From positions 1-61,054 of the forward strand of contig JAAILG010001841.1 of assembly GCA_012026655.1 (NCBI GenBank): 61,054 bases of DNA, read 5' to 3'. The notes under the pieces were generated by a model. That model ran no database searches. It had not been told where the DNA came from and saw only the letters and a program-made list of their open reading frames with translations. The stretch is from Hydrolagus affinis. Its lineage: Eukaryota. A program made the translations under genes and the position numbers. Positions 1 to 12,367 of this stretch are shown in pieces. Each line of letters opens with the position of its first letter. The stretch's first letter is position 1.

Positions 1-305
1 GGGAGAGACGGGGTGGATGTGATAATATACAGATAGATAGAGATGGGGGGGATGTGAGAGAGGAGAGAGACACAGAGACACAGACAGAAAAACACAGAGA
101 TGGAGAGAGTGAGTGTGAGAGACACAGAGAGAGAAAGATATTTACCTCCTGAGGAAATAGGCCCCGAATGCGCGCACACCCCGAATGCACGCACCGCGCG
201 CGCATGCGCAGTACAAAAACCCTGAAAATATCGATATTTTGGTATATCTCGATTTGAGCCCATCGTTATATCTAAATCGGAAAATTTACATATCGACGGA
301 CTCTA
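1..305. mobile_element. Right end of non-autonomous hAT-like DNA transposon (truncated by window edge)
   Basis: Ends in ATATCGACGGACTCTA, matching the terminus of the complete element at 12368-12927 (ATATCGACGGATACTA); shares subterminal ATCGAT-rich motifs and TGAGCCCA. Confidence 0.7.
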
Positions 306-389
306 GTGGTAAGTAAACAGTAGCAATGAATGAATGTTTTGGAGTTTTGGATTCTTTACCTCCAGAGGCTTATAATGCAGATATCTAAA

Positions 390-462
390 TTGTGTGTGTG
401 TGTGGGGGGCTGGTGGTGTGGGGGTGGGGGGTGGTGGGGGTGTGGGGGGGTATGGGGGAGGG
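390..462. repeat. (TG)n / G-rich low-complexity tract
   Basis: tgtgtgtgtgtgtg followed by runs of G. Confidence 0.8.
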
Positions 463-877
463 TTGTTTTCTTAATTCGCAAATGGCCTTTTCACAACCCA
501 TGCTTTCTCGTCGCAGTCAGCAACATCCATAACTTCTGAACTTCAAATATCCATTCTTCTGAACCCAGAAGATCCGGGACTCAATTCGTCAGCCTGCAAT
601 AATCCATCATTGATCATTAATATTCATCATCCCCAACAGCAGTCGCTGCCACGCACCACCACCAAGCAGGAGACAAGTGAATTTATGATGACAAGAACAA
701 AGCAGGGTTGGGTAAATATGCAATTTTTGTAGCAGCTGCCTTAAAAGTGTGTCTTACAACACCTGAATCCCATGTGTGATTGCCTGTACAGATAGCTAGA
801 AAATGATTTTAGTTACATAAATTGCAGCGGCTTCAGATGCAGCAGAATGTATGTCTGATGGGTCACTAAAACCACTT

Positions 878-1186
878 GGAATCTTGTAGCTCAGTGATTA
901 GAGCATTTGCCTTGCAAGCGAGAGACTTGGGTTCGAATTGCGGCATGGCAAAACCTTGGGCAAGTTTCCTCACTCCACATGCCCGCTAATAATCCCTTAA
1001 GAAAAAATACAATAAAATTGGTCACTTCAATCCATGACTGTTTGTGGGATACTAATGTGTGCAATTTGCTGCTCTGTTTCTCCCACAAATATACAGTCAA
1101 TTCACTTTATGGTATATTCTGTGAAGTGTTTTGAGATGTCTAGAAGACGTGGAAAGCACTATATCAAATGCAAGGGTTATTATTAT
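878..1186 (+). mobile_element. tRNA-derived SINE with L2-like tail (family A), full length
   Basis: A-box TAGCTCAGTGATTAGAGC, B-box GGTTCGAAT, 3' end CTATATCAAATGCAAGG(TTA)n; more than 10 related copies in the window. Confidence 0.9.
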
Positions 1187-1859
1187 AAATATTTCTAAGT
1201 CTGTGTCAAACAAATATAATTTTGTTATTGTTGTTGTTAAATGCTACTTAATCACACTGAAAACAATGTTAAATGATTACTGGTCTTACTGGCACCCCAT
1301 TTTCGACTTGGGTGATAATTCACAACTATAGGTCAATTTAGTGGGAATAATTCTGAAAGCTCATTTAACTAGCTTGAAATATACAACAGAAGCCAAAATC
1401 CTTCCAGGCACATGAATAGACCTCAAATATCAAAGTAGCTATTTAATGTTTCCCTAGATCTATCACATTTTCTGATGTTTTGTAGCTATCACCAGAATAA
1501 GCTATTCCTCCACAGCTTGTTGCTACTTCAGGACAAAGCTATCCAGTGGCTGAAATGATTGGCTTTCATGGTCCCATTGGAATAAGGTGTGAGATAGATT
1601 ATTAATTTTATTAAAGTATATTATCTATGTGCCTTTGCCATTTGCTCAAAAATACGCAGAAACAAAGGAAACACATATTTTTTTTTAAATGCGTAGTTAT
1701 CTTAAACACATTTATATAGTTGTATATTTCAAATGCAGAATACTGTAATCTATTTTAAAACTGTTACATGGAAATATTTGCAGCAAAGCTACAGTTAAAC
1801 AAAGATGACCGCAGAGATGTATGATTATCAAGCTGGGAAGGTTATACTGTACAAATAAT

Positions 1860-2100
1860 AATGCTCACATTCATTGGCATCATATCACTGCAAATCATCT
1901 CTAATAACTTTGATTAGTTGCAGTGAAGTCTAGTAATTATTCAGTAGGGAAACAGAAGCTAATATGCACCAACTATATACCACAACAGACATGAGATGAA
2001 TGGTCAGTGTATTTTTTTGGTGACTTTAAATCAGTCAGAAATATTGCCCAGGACATCTGATGACCTTGTTGATCTTCTTAGAAACATTGCCATGGGAACT
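1860..2100 (-). mobile_element. Old, degraded DeuSINE-like fragment
   Basis: Reverse strand reads CCCATGGCAATGTTTCTAAGAAGA...TGTCCTGGGCAATATTT, collinear with the Deu-domain copy at 4085-4508; boundaries approximate. Confidence 0.5.
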
Positions 2101-2382
2101 ACCACAATAGATGTATAGGATCTTATTCAAGGACAAATATTATTGGCCTTAAATTCAACCAAATAAAAAAAATTATTCCCTATCTCAGAATATTTTGCAA
2201 TCCTTTTTAATAGTTACAAATAACCCCAAAACATTTAGGAATCAAGATTTGTTTCACATTTTTTTTCCACATCTAGCTAATTATTGTTGGGGGGGGGAGA
2301 AGATTGCAATTAGATTGAGAAGTAAATGAGACAGAAAAATCCCATTGTAAACTCACACTGCCAAAGCCTACAAATTTATAGT

Positions 2383-2816
2383 GGAGTTCTGTAGCTCAGT
2401 GGTTAGAGCACTCGCCTCACAAGTGAGAGACCTGGGTTCGATTCCCAGCGAGGCAAATTGTTGGGGAATCTTCCTTACTTTACATGCCTCTATTTACCTA
2501 GTATACCAGTAGTAGTAAGTAGGAGCCCGGTTGTTAGTCAATTGGTGGACCGCTTTTCCAACGATAAGAATTGTTCAAAACAAAAATAATAATTTGGTCA
2601 TTATAGATGTTATTTTTATATACATTTTTAAAAAATTGGTCAATAATAATAACTTGATCCACGACTGTTTATGGAAAACTGCTGTGCACAATTGATTGCT
2701 GTGTTTCACCAACAAATATACAGTCAATTAATTGTACAGTATATTCTGCGAAGTGCTTTGAGATGTCTAGATGACATGAAAAGCACTCTATCAAATGCAA
2801 GAATTATCATTATTAT
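2383..2816 (+). mobile_element. SINE family A, long variant
   Basis: GGAGTTCTGTAGCTCAGTGGTTAGAGC head, GGTTCGATTCC B-box, extra central segment, (TTA)n tail. Confidence 0.9.
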
Positions 2817-3757
2817 AGTCAAGCAAAGAAAATTTAGAAGCTTGGGCATTGTATCCTCAGCTCAGTGATAAACTTGTAGGCTGAGCAGCAGCCTCAAGGT
2901 TTAAACATAATCAGCAAGTATTTTCCTAAAATTGATTAATAAATCTGTAGCTTCATTTCCAAAATATGTGAGAATATATCCTTATGTTTCAAATTAGTGT
3001 GCAGGGATTTGGGCTGAATTAAAAATGAATGCTACAGGGAAACTGTGAGAGAATAGAAAGCTCACTAGAGTATGTGAGATAGATAGAATGGGATAAAAAT
3101 GATTATTGGCTGTTTAGGGATAACTCCCTTCTGAATAAACAAGAGTACAGTATATATATTATGTGCTAGATTTCCTACCTACAACACTCTTTGAAATAAG
3201 ACCCTACTTTGCTCTGATTCACTGGAACTCTTCAGTTTCCCCTGTGCCTGTCATTCAAATGAATTGTGACCCTCATCTTCCCCTTCAGTTCTCGGAATCT
3301 GTTATCTCACCAGTGTTTAATTTAATCTGTTTCACTAATGGTTAGTTCATTGCTCTTTTAGTCAAACTCCTGCTTGTTCCTTATTTTTTCATGTATCACT
3401 ACTGCAGTAGTTTCTCTGACTTAATTCAATTTCCTTCACTGCAGTAACATTGATTCCATTCCACTCATGTATTTTGCTGCATGGCTCCAGTGAGATGAAT
3501 CAATTTTTAAAGAGATTTCTTCCTATGTTCTTCCTGTTCATAGAAACCATAACAATTCAATATGCAAGAAATGCAGCGGAGGCAAAGCCTGCATTTTGGA
3601 GGTGGGTAACATTTATAAGTTGAATTGTGAGAGAACACAGGGTGTTTTTTTTTACCCCCAATACACCGTAGTTTAAAATGTTATTACTTTAGCTATCAGC
3701 AAATAAATGACACCTCCTCAGAAACTAAGACTCACAGAAGTAGGGTTAGTCTCTTTA

Positions 3758-4075
3758 TAATAATATTAATAATCCTTGCATTTTATATAGTGCCTCATTG
3801 TGTCTTCGAGACATCTCAAAGCGCTTCAAGGATAGACTGTAAAGGGTAATGACTGTTACTTTGTGGGTGAAATGTGACAGCCAGTTGCACACAGCAGTGT
3901 CCCACAAATAGTCATGGATTGAGTGATCAAATTATTATTTTTAAAAAAAAAATAGTTTTAAAGGGATTATTAGCCCTGGAAAAGTAATCTGCAAATTGAT
4001 TAACAACTGGGTGCCTATTTACTAAAGGTAAACAAAGGTGTGTGGAGTAAGGAAACTTGCCAAAGGTTTCTTACT
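3758..4075 (-). mobile_element. SINE family A, long variant, 5'-truncated
   Basis: (TAA)n-ATCCTTGCATT tail on +; body matches other copies up to GGAGTAAGGAAACTTGCC; no tRNA head. Confidence 0.85.
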
Positions 4076-4084
4076 CTGGTATCC

Positions 4085-4457
4085 TAGTAGTAGAATACCT
4101 GTTCTTACATGTGACAACTCGACTGCGCATACCAATGCCCACAAACTGTGATGAAATAAATGACCAATTTTATTTTATGGGATTGTTGACCAGGACACGT
4201 GGAGATTTCCTTCTCTTTTCAAATAATGCCATGGGATCTTTAACCTGAACTAGCAGACAAGATTTTGATGTGCAACAAAATTACATTTATACAGCGCCTT
4301 CCACGTCGGGAGGATGTCCTAAGGCGCTATGAACGTCTCATCAGGGGGTTTAACGTCTCATCCGAAGAATGGCTCCTCTGACAATGCAACACGCTCCCAG
4401 CACTCGTCTCACCTTACACTACATGAGTTCAAGTCTTGATGTTCAGCTTGATTCCAC

Positions 4458-4488
<31 letters not shown>

Positions 4489-4508
4489 ACTGAGCCAAGC
4501 TGACAGCC
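4085..4508 (-). mobile_element. DeuSINE (SacSINE1/AmnSINE1-type) copy interrupted by an L2 tail
   Basis: Minus strand: tRNA-like head GGCTCAGTGGTAGCACTCTTGCCTCTGAGTCAGAAGGTTGTGG, Deu-domain motifs CTTCGGATGAGACGTTAAAC and TAAAGATCCCATGGCATTATTTGAA; recognised from memory of the consensus. Confidence 0.75.
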
Positions 4509-4980
4509 ACTGTTATTCTGTGAACACGATAATTTAGCACTTTGCTTAAGATACAAATTTTGTTTCTTTCTATCTATTCTTTCTTTAAAACCATTTTAAG
4601 GGCTTCCAAACACTTTAGTATTGCTTGCGCTCTCATTTTGTTCATGATTCTATGATTGCTATTTGATATATTCCACTGATAAGCTCATGCATTTCAGGAA
4701 GGAGTTCCCAAATCTATACATAAATGATAAAACTAGAACAAGCAAGACAGGTCTAACTGTTCTCACGAGACTCTGTACAGCAGAAACGAAGAGAACAATG
4801 CTATTATCTCCACAAGGGGATAATATTGTTTCAGAACACTTTGTTCCTCTGTTCTAAGAATGAGAAAGTATTTCCAGAACACTGGGGCATTTAGTACCTT
4901 GAGTAGGAAGACTAAAGCTTAATACAGCACTAGCTGGGCCACAATGTAGGATCTTTGTACAGTCCAGTTTTGTACTGAAA

Positions 4981-5290
4981 AATAATATTAATCCTTGCAT
5001 TTGATATAATGCTTTTCACGTCTTCTAGACGTCTCAAAGTGCTTCACGGAATATACCGTAAAGTGAACTGACTGTATATTTGTGGGTGAAATGCGGCAGC
5101 CAATTGTGCACAGCAGTGTCCCACAAACAGTCGTGGATTGAATGACCAAATTATTATTGTTTTTTCTTCTGAGGGATTATTATCAGGCATGTGGAGTAAG
5201 GAAACTTGTCCAAGGTTTCGCCCCGACCTGCCTAGAGTTGAACCCAGGTCTCTCGCTTGGAAAGCTCTAACCACTGAGCTACAGGACTCC
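4981..5290 (-). mobile_element. SINE family A, full length
   Basis: Reverse complement of head (CTAACCACTGAGCTACAGGACTCC) and tail (ATCCTTGCATTTGATAT). Confidence 0.9.
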
Positions 5291-7716
5291 ACTTTTATTC
5301 CATATCTCAAATTAAATTTAGCCATTATCTCCTCCTCCTGTCAGCTGATGCACATTGAATGTTCGTAGCACATTCTTTATTTAAAATGTTATTTATCAAA
5401 CTTCACAAAGATTATTTGATATTTCCATTTGTAAATTGTACAACAATGTTACTTGTGGACATTTATGAATTCTGATCTTTAGATCTTTAAATGTACAAGG
5501 GCAGGTGGCATACGGCTATGCAAAACAAATCAGACGTGGCACTGATTACACGAATAAAGCACAGACGGCTTCTGAGTCAGCATTCTTCATTGTGATAAAT
5601 ATGCAGGAACAACAACAAACAACAAATTACATTTATAGAGCGCCTTTCACGTCGGGAGGAAATAGAGATGCTTCATTGTAACTAAACATGCTAAATTTTT
5701 AAGCTGTTGTTTTGACTAGCGAGTGGTCATCAATATCACACATCATGTTGTGTGGTGTCCATCTATCTGTAATACAAATGGATAATAAACAGAAAACGCT
5801 GCAAGAAAGAAATATTTTCTAGTGTCAGATTAATTGACCTCCTTATATATTACATGATAAATCCTAAACTCGTGTGTGTCTGTGTATGGGCTCCAAGGTA
5901 AAATGTTACATAAATAGAATAAATCTAGACCTGGTAAAAGTTTCTCCTCACCCATCACTTAAATTATATTTTCCAATGTGGTCTGCCCATCAAACAAATT
6001 ATTTGCCTATCTACACGCCTTAGCCCTGTAAAAAAAAATCTGTGAAATCCTAAACTTTATTTTTAGCAATATCCTCTGATTCTCCTTCAGAACCTTGGAA
6101 TCCAAAATAATTATTTGCAATACACAAACCAAAGCCATTTGGAAGATCAGTAATCATAATACAGCTGATTCACAATGTTAAGGACAAAATGGCTGGATAG
6201 ACTAAATAAAGTCCAAAGGCATAACTCGCGCAAGATATCTAAGAGATGGGAAATTGAAAACTATACATATTTTAAATTAACACAACTACAAGGATATCCC
6301 AAATACATAATATGTTTGTGAAGCACAGATGTGGGTCAAGAACTTTTTTTTTCATGTGGTATCTGGCGATCAACTGATCTCATGTATAGGTGAACAGTGA
6401 TGTGTCATGCCAATTACCCTATACAGTATTACAATATTACATGGATATGGCACAGAAATAGGCCATTCAGCCCAATTGATCTGTGGAGTTCTTTATACTT
6501 CACATGAGCCCATATCCCTCATACTCTCCATCTCCATCATAGGATAATTCTACGTTATGTATGATGGATTACAACAAGTATGCAGGAGTAATGGATTTTA
6601 ACAAGAAATCATAGAGTTCTATCAGACAGATTAATCATCTAACTTCCGGAAAACCCAAAGAAATCACAACGTACTTTGAAAGCAATAACCATAAACTTCC
6701 AGCACTGCTACACAGCAAGACACACAACATTTATGGATAACCCAGGCAGCAGCGACTCATGTAATAAATAATATTTTTTTCATTAGCAGTCAGAAATTGT
6801 GCGGTGAACAGTCTTGGAAGATGAATTGTGCATATACCAACTCCTGGGGTGATCACAAAGCTTAGTTCCAAAAGCACTAATAACAAGGACATTTTGTCAG
6901 GTGGAACTCTTCAGGGAAATTAGGGACCATCTTGCAGTGAAGCAAGTCCTGGTTGTACTTTATCATTGACAGTGAGGGAACAGCACTGAGCATCAGTGTT
7001 GTTTTAGCTTTATGTGTTGACTCAATTTGTTCTTTTTTATAAGATAATATTGCAGTGCTGGTAATAATTATAATACTAAAATAATCATTGCATTTAGTAC
7101 AGCAACATATCATGCCAATGAAATATTTCAAAGTGCTTCACTTGAATTTTTGGTAATTATTTTTATGTTTGTTTTCACAAAAAGACGTTGCTACAAATTG
7201 AATTGCTGCCATACAATGATTGGCACAGCTGCATTATTCTAGTGATTTTGATTCCAAATCACTGTACTCATGATATTTGTACAACAAAAAATACATGTTA
7301 TCTGCTACATAACAGTTTGGCGTCTCTGCTAGGATTCTATTTTTTAATGAGATATGATGTGCTCGTCATAAATGACAGATTATATGCCTCATTGTCATTT
7401 ATATGGGAACAGGATGTTAGCTCATCATTTCCAGGTATTCTCAAATGTCATTGAATTTAAATGTTTTCTTTTGATGTGAGTGCATTTATTAGATTATTTA
7501 CTAATTATGCAATAAAATCCTGAAAGAATATGAAAGGAAGGCATAAACTAATTGACAAGCTCATTAAGCATAACAATGAGAGGCTGTTATGTTTGGTCTA
7601 ATGATTTTGGCTTTGTATCATATTCCAAATGCCCCAGAAAGTATTTCCATATAAAGTCAATACATAAATATCCAATATTTAATGACTCGAATTATCAGAA
7701 TGAAGTCCACAAAATA

Positions 7717-7810
7717 AAGTCAGTCCACTTTACAATATATTCTGTGAAGCGCTTTGAGATGTCTCAACAATGTGATAAGCCACTTTATCAAATGCAAGGA
7801 TTATTATTAT
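7717..7810 (+). mobile_element. SINE family A 3' fragment
   Basis: CTGTGAAGCGCTTTGAGATGTC...ATCAAATGCAAGGATTATTATT. Confidence 0.75.
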
Positions 7811-8510
7811 CAATAAAACAAACAAAAAATCTGTTTGGAACGTACATGATCTGCAGAGGAATGCATACAACGAATATGTGGGAAATCATTTAATTAAAAA
7901 TGAACACATATTACAATGGCATGTTCATGTAAGAGTAAAAAATGTCAAGATCTACAATATTAATTGGCTCACCTTTCAAATCATTTAAAAATTCAAATCA
8001 TGGACAGTTAAAAATTAACTAGTTACATTTATCTTTGCTACAGTTAATTACCAAATTCATGTTAATTACCAAAATCATATTGTGTTCCAGCATGTAAAAG
8101 CTTCCATTTCTTTAAAAATACTTTTTTCATTCTAAATACTGTATTAGTCATAATCTGGGCCGATAGAAAAGTACGGAAATATTAGCTGAAAGTTACGTGG
8201 AAATTTGAAAATATTGCGGAAAATGTAAGTGAATTTTTCAGAGCATTGGGTGATGCTGTTCAGGTCCAATTAATGCAACCTACATATTTTCACTTTATTG
8301 ACTAGAGAAAAATAACACATATCAGATTGTCATTTATTAGATCATCGTATTGGGCAGAAACACCTTCTTTTTTTAGTGGGTTTATAGTGGAAATAGGGGG
8401 GGAAATGTCGGCCACACAATTCTATCAGCCCAGGTCGTAATTGAACAGCAACCCAATTCAGCTACTCCAGTTAATTTTTGACAACTTCTGATTTGGAATC
8501 CACTTTGAGA

Positions 8511-8806
8511 ACAAATAAACAAAAATTACATTTGTAAAGCGCCTTTCACGTCGCACAGAGCCTTTCACGTCGGGAGGACGTCGCAAGCCGCTGGACAATC
8601 GGTGTTTTGGACCCAAATTGGGGGTTGGGATTGGGGAGGGTTAACAGGGGAGGGGGAGGGGGGGGGTTAAGTGGGTGGAGGGCAGGGGTGGGGGTTAGGT
8701 AAGGAGGGTGATCGAAGGCATGGTCGAAGAAGAGGGACTTGAGATGTGTCTTGATGGAGGCTGGGGATGGTGGGTGTGGGGGGAAGGGGGCGGAGGGACT
8801 GGGATG
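8511..8806 (-). mobile_element. L2 LINE 3' end abutting TPP2 core promoter
   Basis: ACAAAAATTACATTTGTAAAGCGCCTTTCACGTCGGGAGGACGTC tail; 8705-8806 aligns by eye with the long L2 copy at 56921-57012. Confidence 0.75.
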
Positions 8807-9480
8807 GTCCTGGTCGTTGCCGGATCCCGTCCGTTGCTAGGGGCCGGCCGTTGCTAGGGCCCGTACCTTGACGAGGGTTGGAAGACAGCGGCGGCGACGG
8901 CGCGGAAGTGGCGTCATCAACCGCGCGCCCGACGCCGTGCGACGAGTTGAGAGAGCCGCGACCATGACCGGCGGAGTGGATCTGAGCAGTTTCCCGCTGC
9001 ACGGCCTCCTGCCCAAGAAGGAGACGGGTGCGCTCAACTTCTTGAGCAAACACCCCGAGAGCGACGGCCGTGGGGTCCTCATCGCTATCCTAGACTCCGG
9101 GGTGGACCCGGGGGCGGCGGGGCTGCAGGTGAGAGTGACGGGGGGGTGGGGGGTGGGTCGGGCCTGTGTGGAAGTCGCCAAGTGCTGTAGTCCGCCTGAG
9201 TCACTGATTTATGACCGTTGGGTTTGAATGTGATTGACAGGAGTCCGTCCCCCTTCCCCCCGGCCTTGCCCTGCCCCCTCCCCCCCCCTCACCCCCTCCG
9301 ATACTGTCAGCTTCTCATTTAAAGTTCGAGTCCAAGTCACTGGTCGATCTCTCCTTCTCCTGTACTCCTTTTCTTGGCCTCTTCAACCGCACACTGAAAC
9401 GATTCGGGTGCGAAGGGAACCCACGTGTGCGCCGAACGAGAAGGAAGTGTCAGGACAGGTGCTTTGATTCTTTTTGGCTC
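8787..9480 (+). promoter_or_regulatory. CpG-island promoter of TPP2-like gene (GC box, tandem RFX-like sites, ETS/CRE-like composite)
   Basis: Only strongly CpG-rich non-repeat stretch in the window; GGGGCGGAG 8787-8795, CCGTTGCTAGGG at 8831 and 8848, CGGAAGTGGCGTCA 8903-8916, Kozak-like GCGACCATG. Confidence 0.8.
8964..9128 (+). CDS. TPP2: TPP2 exon 1 (catalytic Asp44)
   Basis: [23 protein letters not shown]...[21 protein letters not shown]; donor CAG|gtgaga. Confidence 0.96.
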
Positions 9481-10320
9481 TGCGGCACAAAGCCCACTGC
9501 ATAGTGGATTTATCGTTGACTTTACAGCTAGAAAGACATGACACTTGGATATTGACTTGAGTGTAACTACAATAGTGTTAGTTATACATTATAATAATCC
9601 TTTTATCGGAATGTCTCAAGTGACCACATATGTCAAATGTGGTGATTGTTTGATTTCTTTGTTTAATAAAGCATTCAAAATGACTACTTGTTAAATCATT
9701 CAGGGTCGGAAACCTCTCCATTAAATTCATTACCCTGCTTTCAAGTTAGGTTGATGTTAAGATCAGCATCATGGCGTGTGTTCTTAATGGAAAATGTTTA
9801 ATGCAGTATCATTAAACATGAATGTAGGGGCTTAGTGAAATAGAATAACTTGAAAAGCCCTGTGAAGGGAGCCCACTTCTGGAGCAAACAGTTTCTGCTC
9901 TGTAGCAGTAAGTACATTAATCCAAGAAATAATCAAGCTTCAGTGACACACTTGTGTTGTTCAACACAAAGGAATGATTTCTTCTAGAAACTGAATAATG
10001 CATTAAGGAGGAGGATTACTTCCACATTTAAAAGTATCAACCTGTCTTGGCCATGCTTGCAAAGGCCTTTGGAGGTCTTAGCCAGGCTTGTTCTGTGGTG
10101 CCCAATTTACCTTTTTGAAATCGATCATAACCTGCGTTATTTTTCTATTGAGACTTATATTGAGGTTCACAGCCTGGTGAATTGTACTGAATGATTTGCA
10201 AATGTTATCTTTTGGGGTTTGATTATTTAAAATGATTGTGCTATTCAGTGTATGTAGAAAGTGTCCATACCTGTTTATTAGAAGAATATGAATGATTCGT
10301 TGATTTTATGTGTTCTTTAG

Positions 10321-10449
10321 ATTACAACAGATGGAAAGCCAAAGATTATCGACTTCATTGATGCCTCGGGCAGTGGCGACGTAAATACTTCTACTGTGCT
10401 GGAAGAGAAGGATGGCCTTTTAGTTGGTCTCTCGGGAAGAACTCTGAAG
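10321..10449 (+). CDS. TPP2: TPP2 exon 2
   Basis: tag|[23 protein letters not shown]...LSGRTLK|gtattg. Confidence 0.96.
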
Positions 10450-11124
10450 GTATTGGTAGTAATTCGTCTTACTTTATGTAAAGACAAACACATTCAGAAT
10501 ATTATCTCATTGAGTGCCATTTTTACAATTGTTTTGCGCTTCACAATGAAATAATTAGAATACTACGACTGAATGTTTTATACTTTAAATTCACCTTGTT
10601 AAATGTCAATTATTCATGGTCTTTAGAATCACTGTTGGTAAACTATTTTGCCAATTGATTGGATGGGGGAAGCATCATGACTGAGCTTGAGCCTGTTCCT
10701 GCCTCCACTCATTGCATTTCATAGCAGGGGTTTTTGGATAATGATCAGGAATTCTGACTGCTTTTTCCCTTCCTTAACTCGATCCCTGATTGTTCAGCAC
10801 TTTGGGACGTCCTCCCGACGTGAGAGGAGCTCTGTAAATGTAATACTGGACAGGCTGATCCAGGCTGGGGGAAATGACCAAAGTAACAGAATTGTTACAG
10901 AATTGCTGAACATTTACTCTTCCCGAGTGTGTTTTTGGGAAAACTGCAAAGATCTTTAGTGGTGTGGAATGATTGTAACCTTGAATTGCCACTCTCCCCA
11001 GTTTTCTATAATGTTGTTTTATGTTTGCTTACTTTTCCTATTTCATGTGGATTTAATTTCTAAATGCTCAAAACACTACCACTGAGTTTGATTTGTGATG
11101 TATAATCTACGCAATTTTTTTTAG

Positions 11125-11220
11125 ATACCATCAGATTGGATTAATCCCTCTAGGAAGTACCACATTGGTTTGAAAAATGCATTCGAACTATATCCCACAA
11201 CCCTAAAGGAAAGAATTCAG
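11125..11220 (+). CDS. TPP2: TPP2 exon 3
   Basis: tag|IPSDWINPSRKYHIGLKNAFELYPTTLKERIQ|gtaacg. Confidence 0.96.
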
Positions 11221-11927
11221 GTAACGTCAATATTAACAATTGTGACAAAGATGTTTCTTGCTGCATTTCCCTTCTATCACAGGTCAGTGCTGCACAAACT
11301 GATTGGGGGAAATGGTTTCTATATAAACTTGAGGTCATCATTGATTGATGGAATATCCGGAATACTGTCTGTCCAGTGCCTTGGGACGTCCTCCCGACGT
11401 GAAAGGCGCTATACAAATGTAATTTTGTCGTTGAGTGATACCAGAAAAGATTCAGCAAAAGGTTGTGCTTACATATTCACCTGTCAGTTCACATCACCAT
11501 GAATCTGTGCATTGGTTCAATGAACAGAATTCCTTAATTGACATTATTGGCAATTTGCTAGTACAGTACTGTGATAACTGGCGCTACATTGCATTTTCTA
11601 GTGAATACAAACACCAATGATTACTTATATTGCTTTACCTCATATTTATTGATAATTAGCTGCAGAAATTATTTCATTTTTAAGAACTAATAAACTCAAA
11701 GGACCCATTTACCGTAGTAAGTAGAGAAAGAGAGGGATGATTTATATGCTGCATATATACAATGAGACTTCAAAGAATATTTTTTAAGTTTAAGAAAGTA
11801 CTATGAGAATATTAATATTAATGTGTAACTTTATATTTATTTTCACAAAGCTTCCCTTTGCTTTTTCCACTTTATCAAGTCGTTTTACTTTTTTTCAACT
11901 CTTCTTTTACAACATTTCTGTAAGCAG

Positions 11928-12032
11928 CAAGAGAGACGAGAGAAGCTGTGGGATCCTCCACATCGTGCAGTTTTGGCAAATGCTCACAGAAAACTGAATG
12001 ACTTCAACAAGAACAACGCAAGCTTGTCTCAG
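11928..12032 (+). CDS. TPP2: TPP2 exon 4
   Basis: cag|QERREKLWDPPHRAVLANAHRKLNDFNKNNASLSQ|gtacta. Confidence 0.93.
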
Positions 12033-12367
12033 GTACTAAACGCTGCTGATTAGTTAATGTTTTTTCAGATAATGTCTAATAATCTTAAGATTTTTAGGCT
12101 TCCTAGAGAGCTCAGAAGACAGAATATCAGCGGCATTCAGGACCTATATGCCTTATTTTGCTGGTGTGGTTGAGTGATATTGAACATTACAGCACCCCCA
12201 TAGAGTGGAGGTGAATATAGGCTTGATTTCCTGCTCTGTTCAGTTCTCAAATTTGAGCCTCATCAATAGGAGAGAATGATTAGAGACCTCCGCATTTCTT
12301 AGAAGGGAAAGAAAATTGGTGGAGAGAGTCATGCATGGACAGATCCGTAGTGCCTGCTGGTAGCAAG

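Noticed and set aside
2383-2455. tRNA genes at SINE heads (also 878, 56140 and others)
   Set aside because: A and B boxes are present but run directly into the SINE body with no intact acceptor stem; treated as SINE heads
5300-8500. Possible exons of an upstream gene such as FGF13
   Set aside because: No recognisable coding exon on either strand; the ORFs there are low-information AT-rich frames
8868-8963. N-terminal extension of TPP2 suggested by the ORF track ([12 protein letters not shown]...)
   Set aside because: Starts at TTG inside the promoter; the ATG at 8964 has good Kozak context and places the catalytic Asp at residue 44 as in human
8667-9181. Minus-strand ORFs of 128 and 114 aa at the CpG island (possible divergent gene)
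   Set aside because: Pro/Arg-rich shadow ORFs of GC-rich DNA overlapping exon 1 and an L2 relic; no recognisable domain
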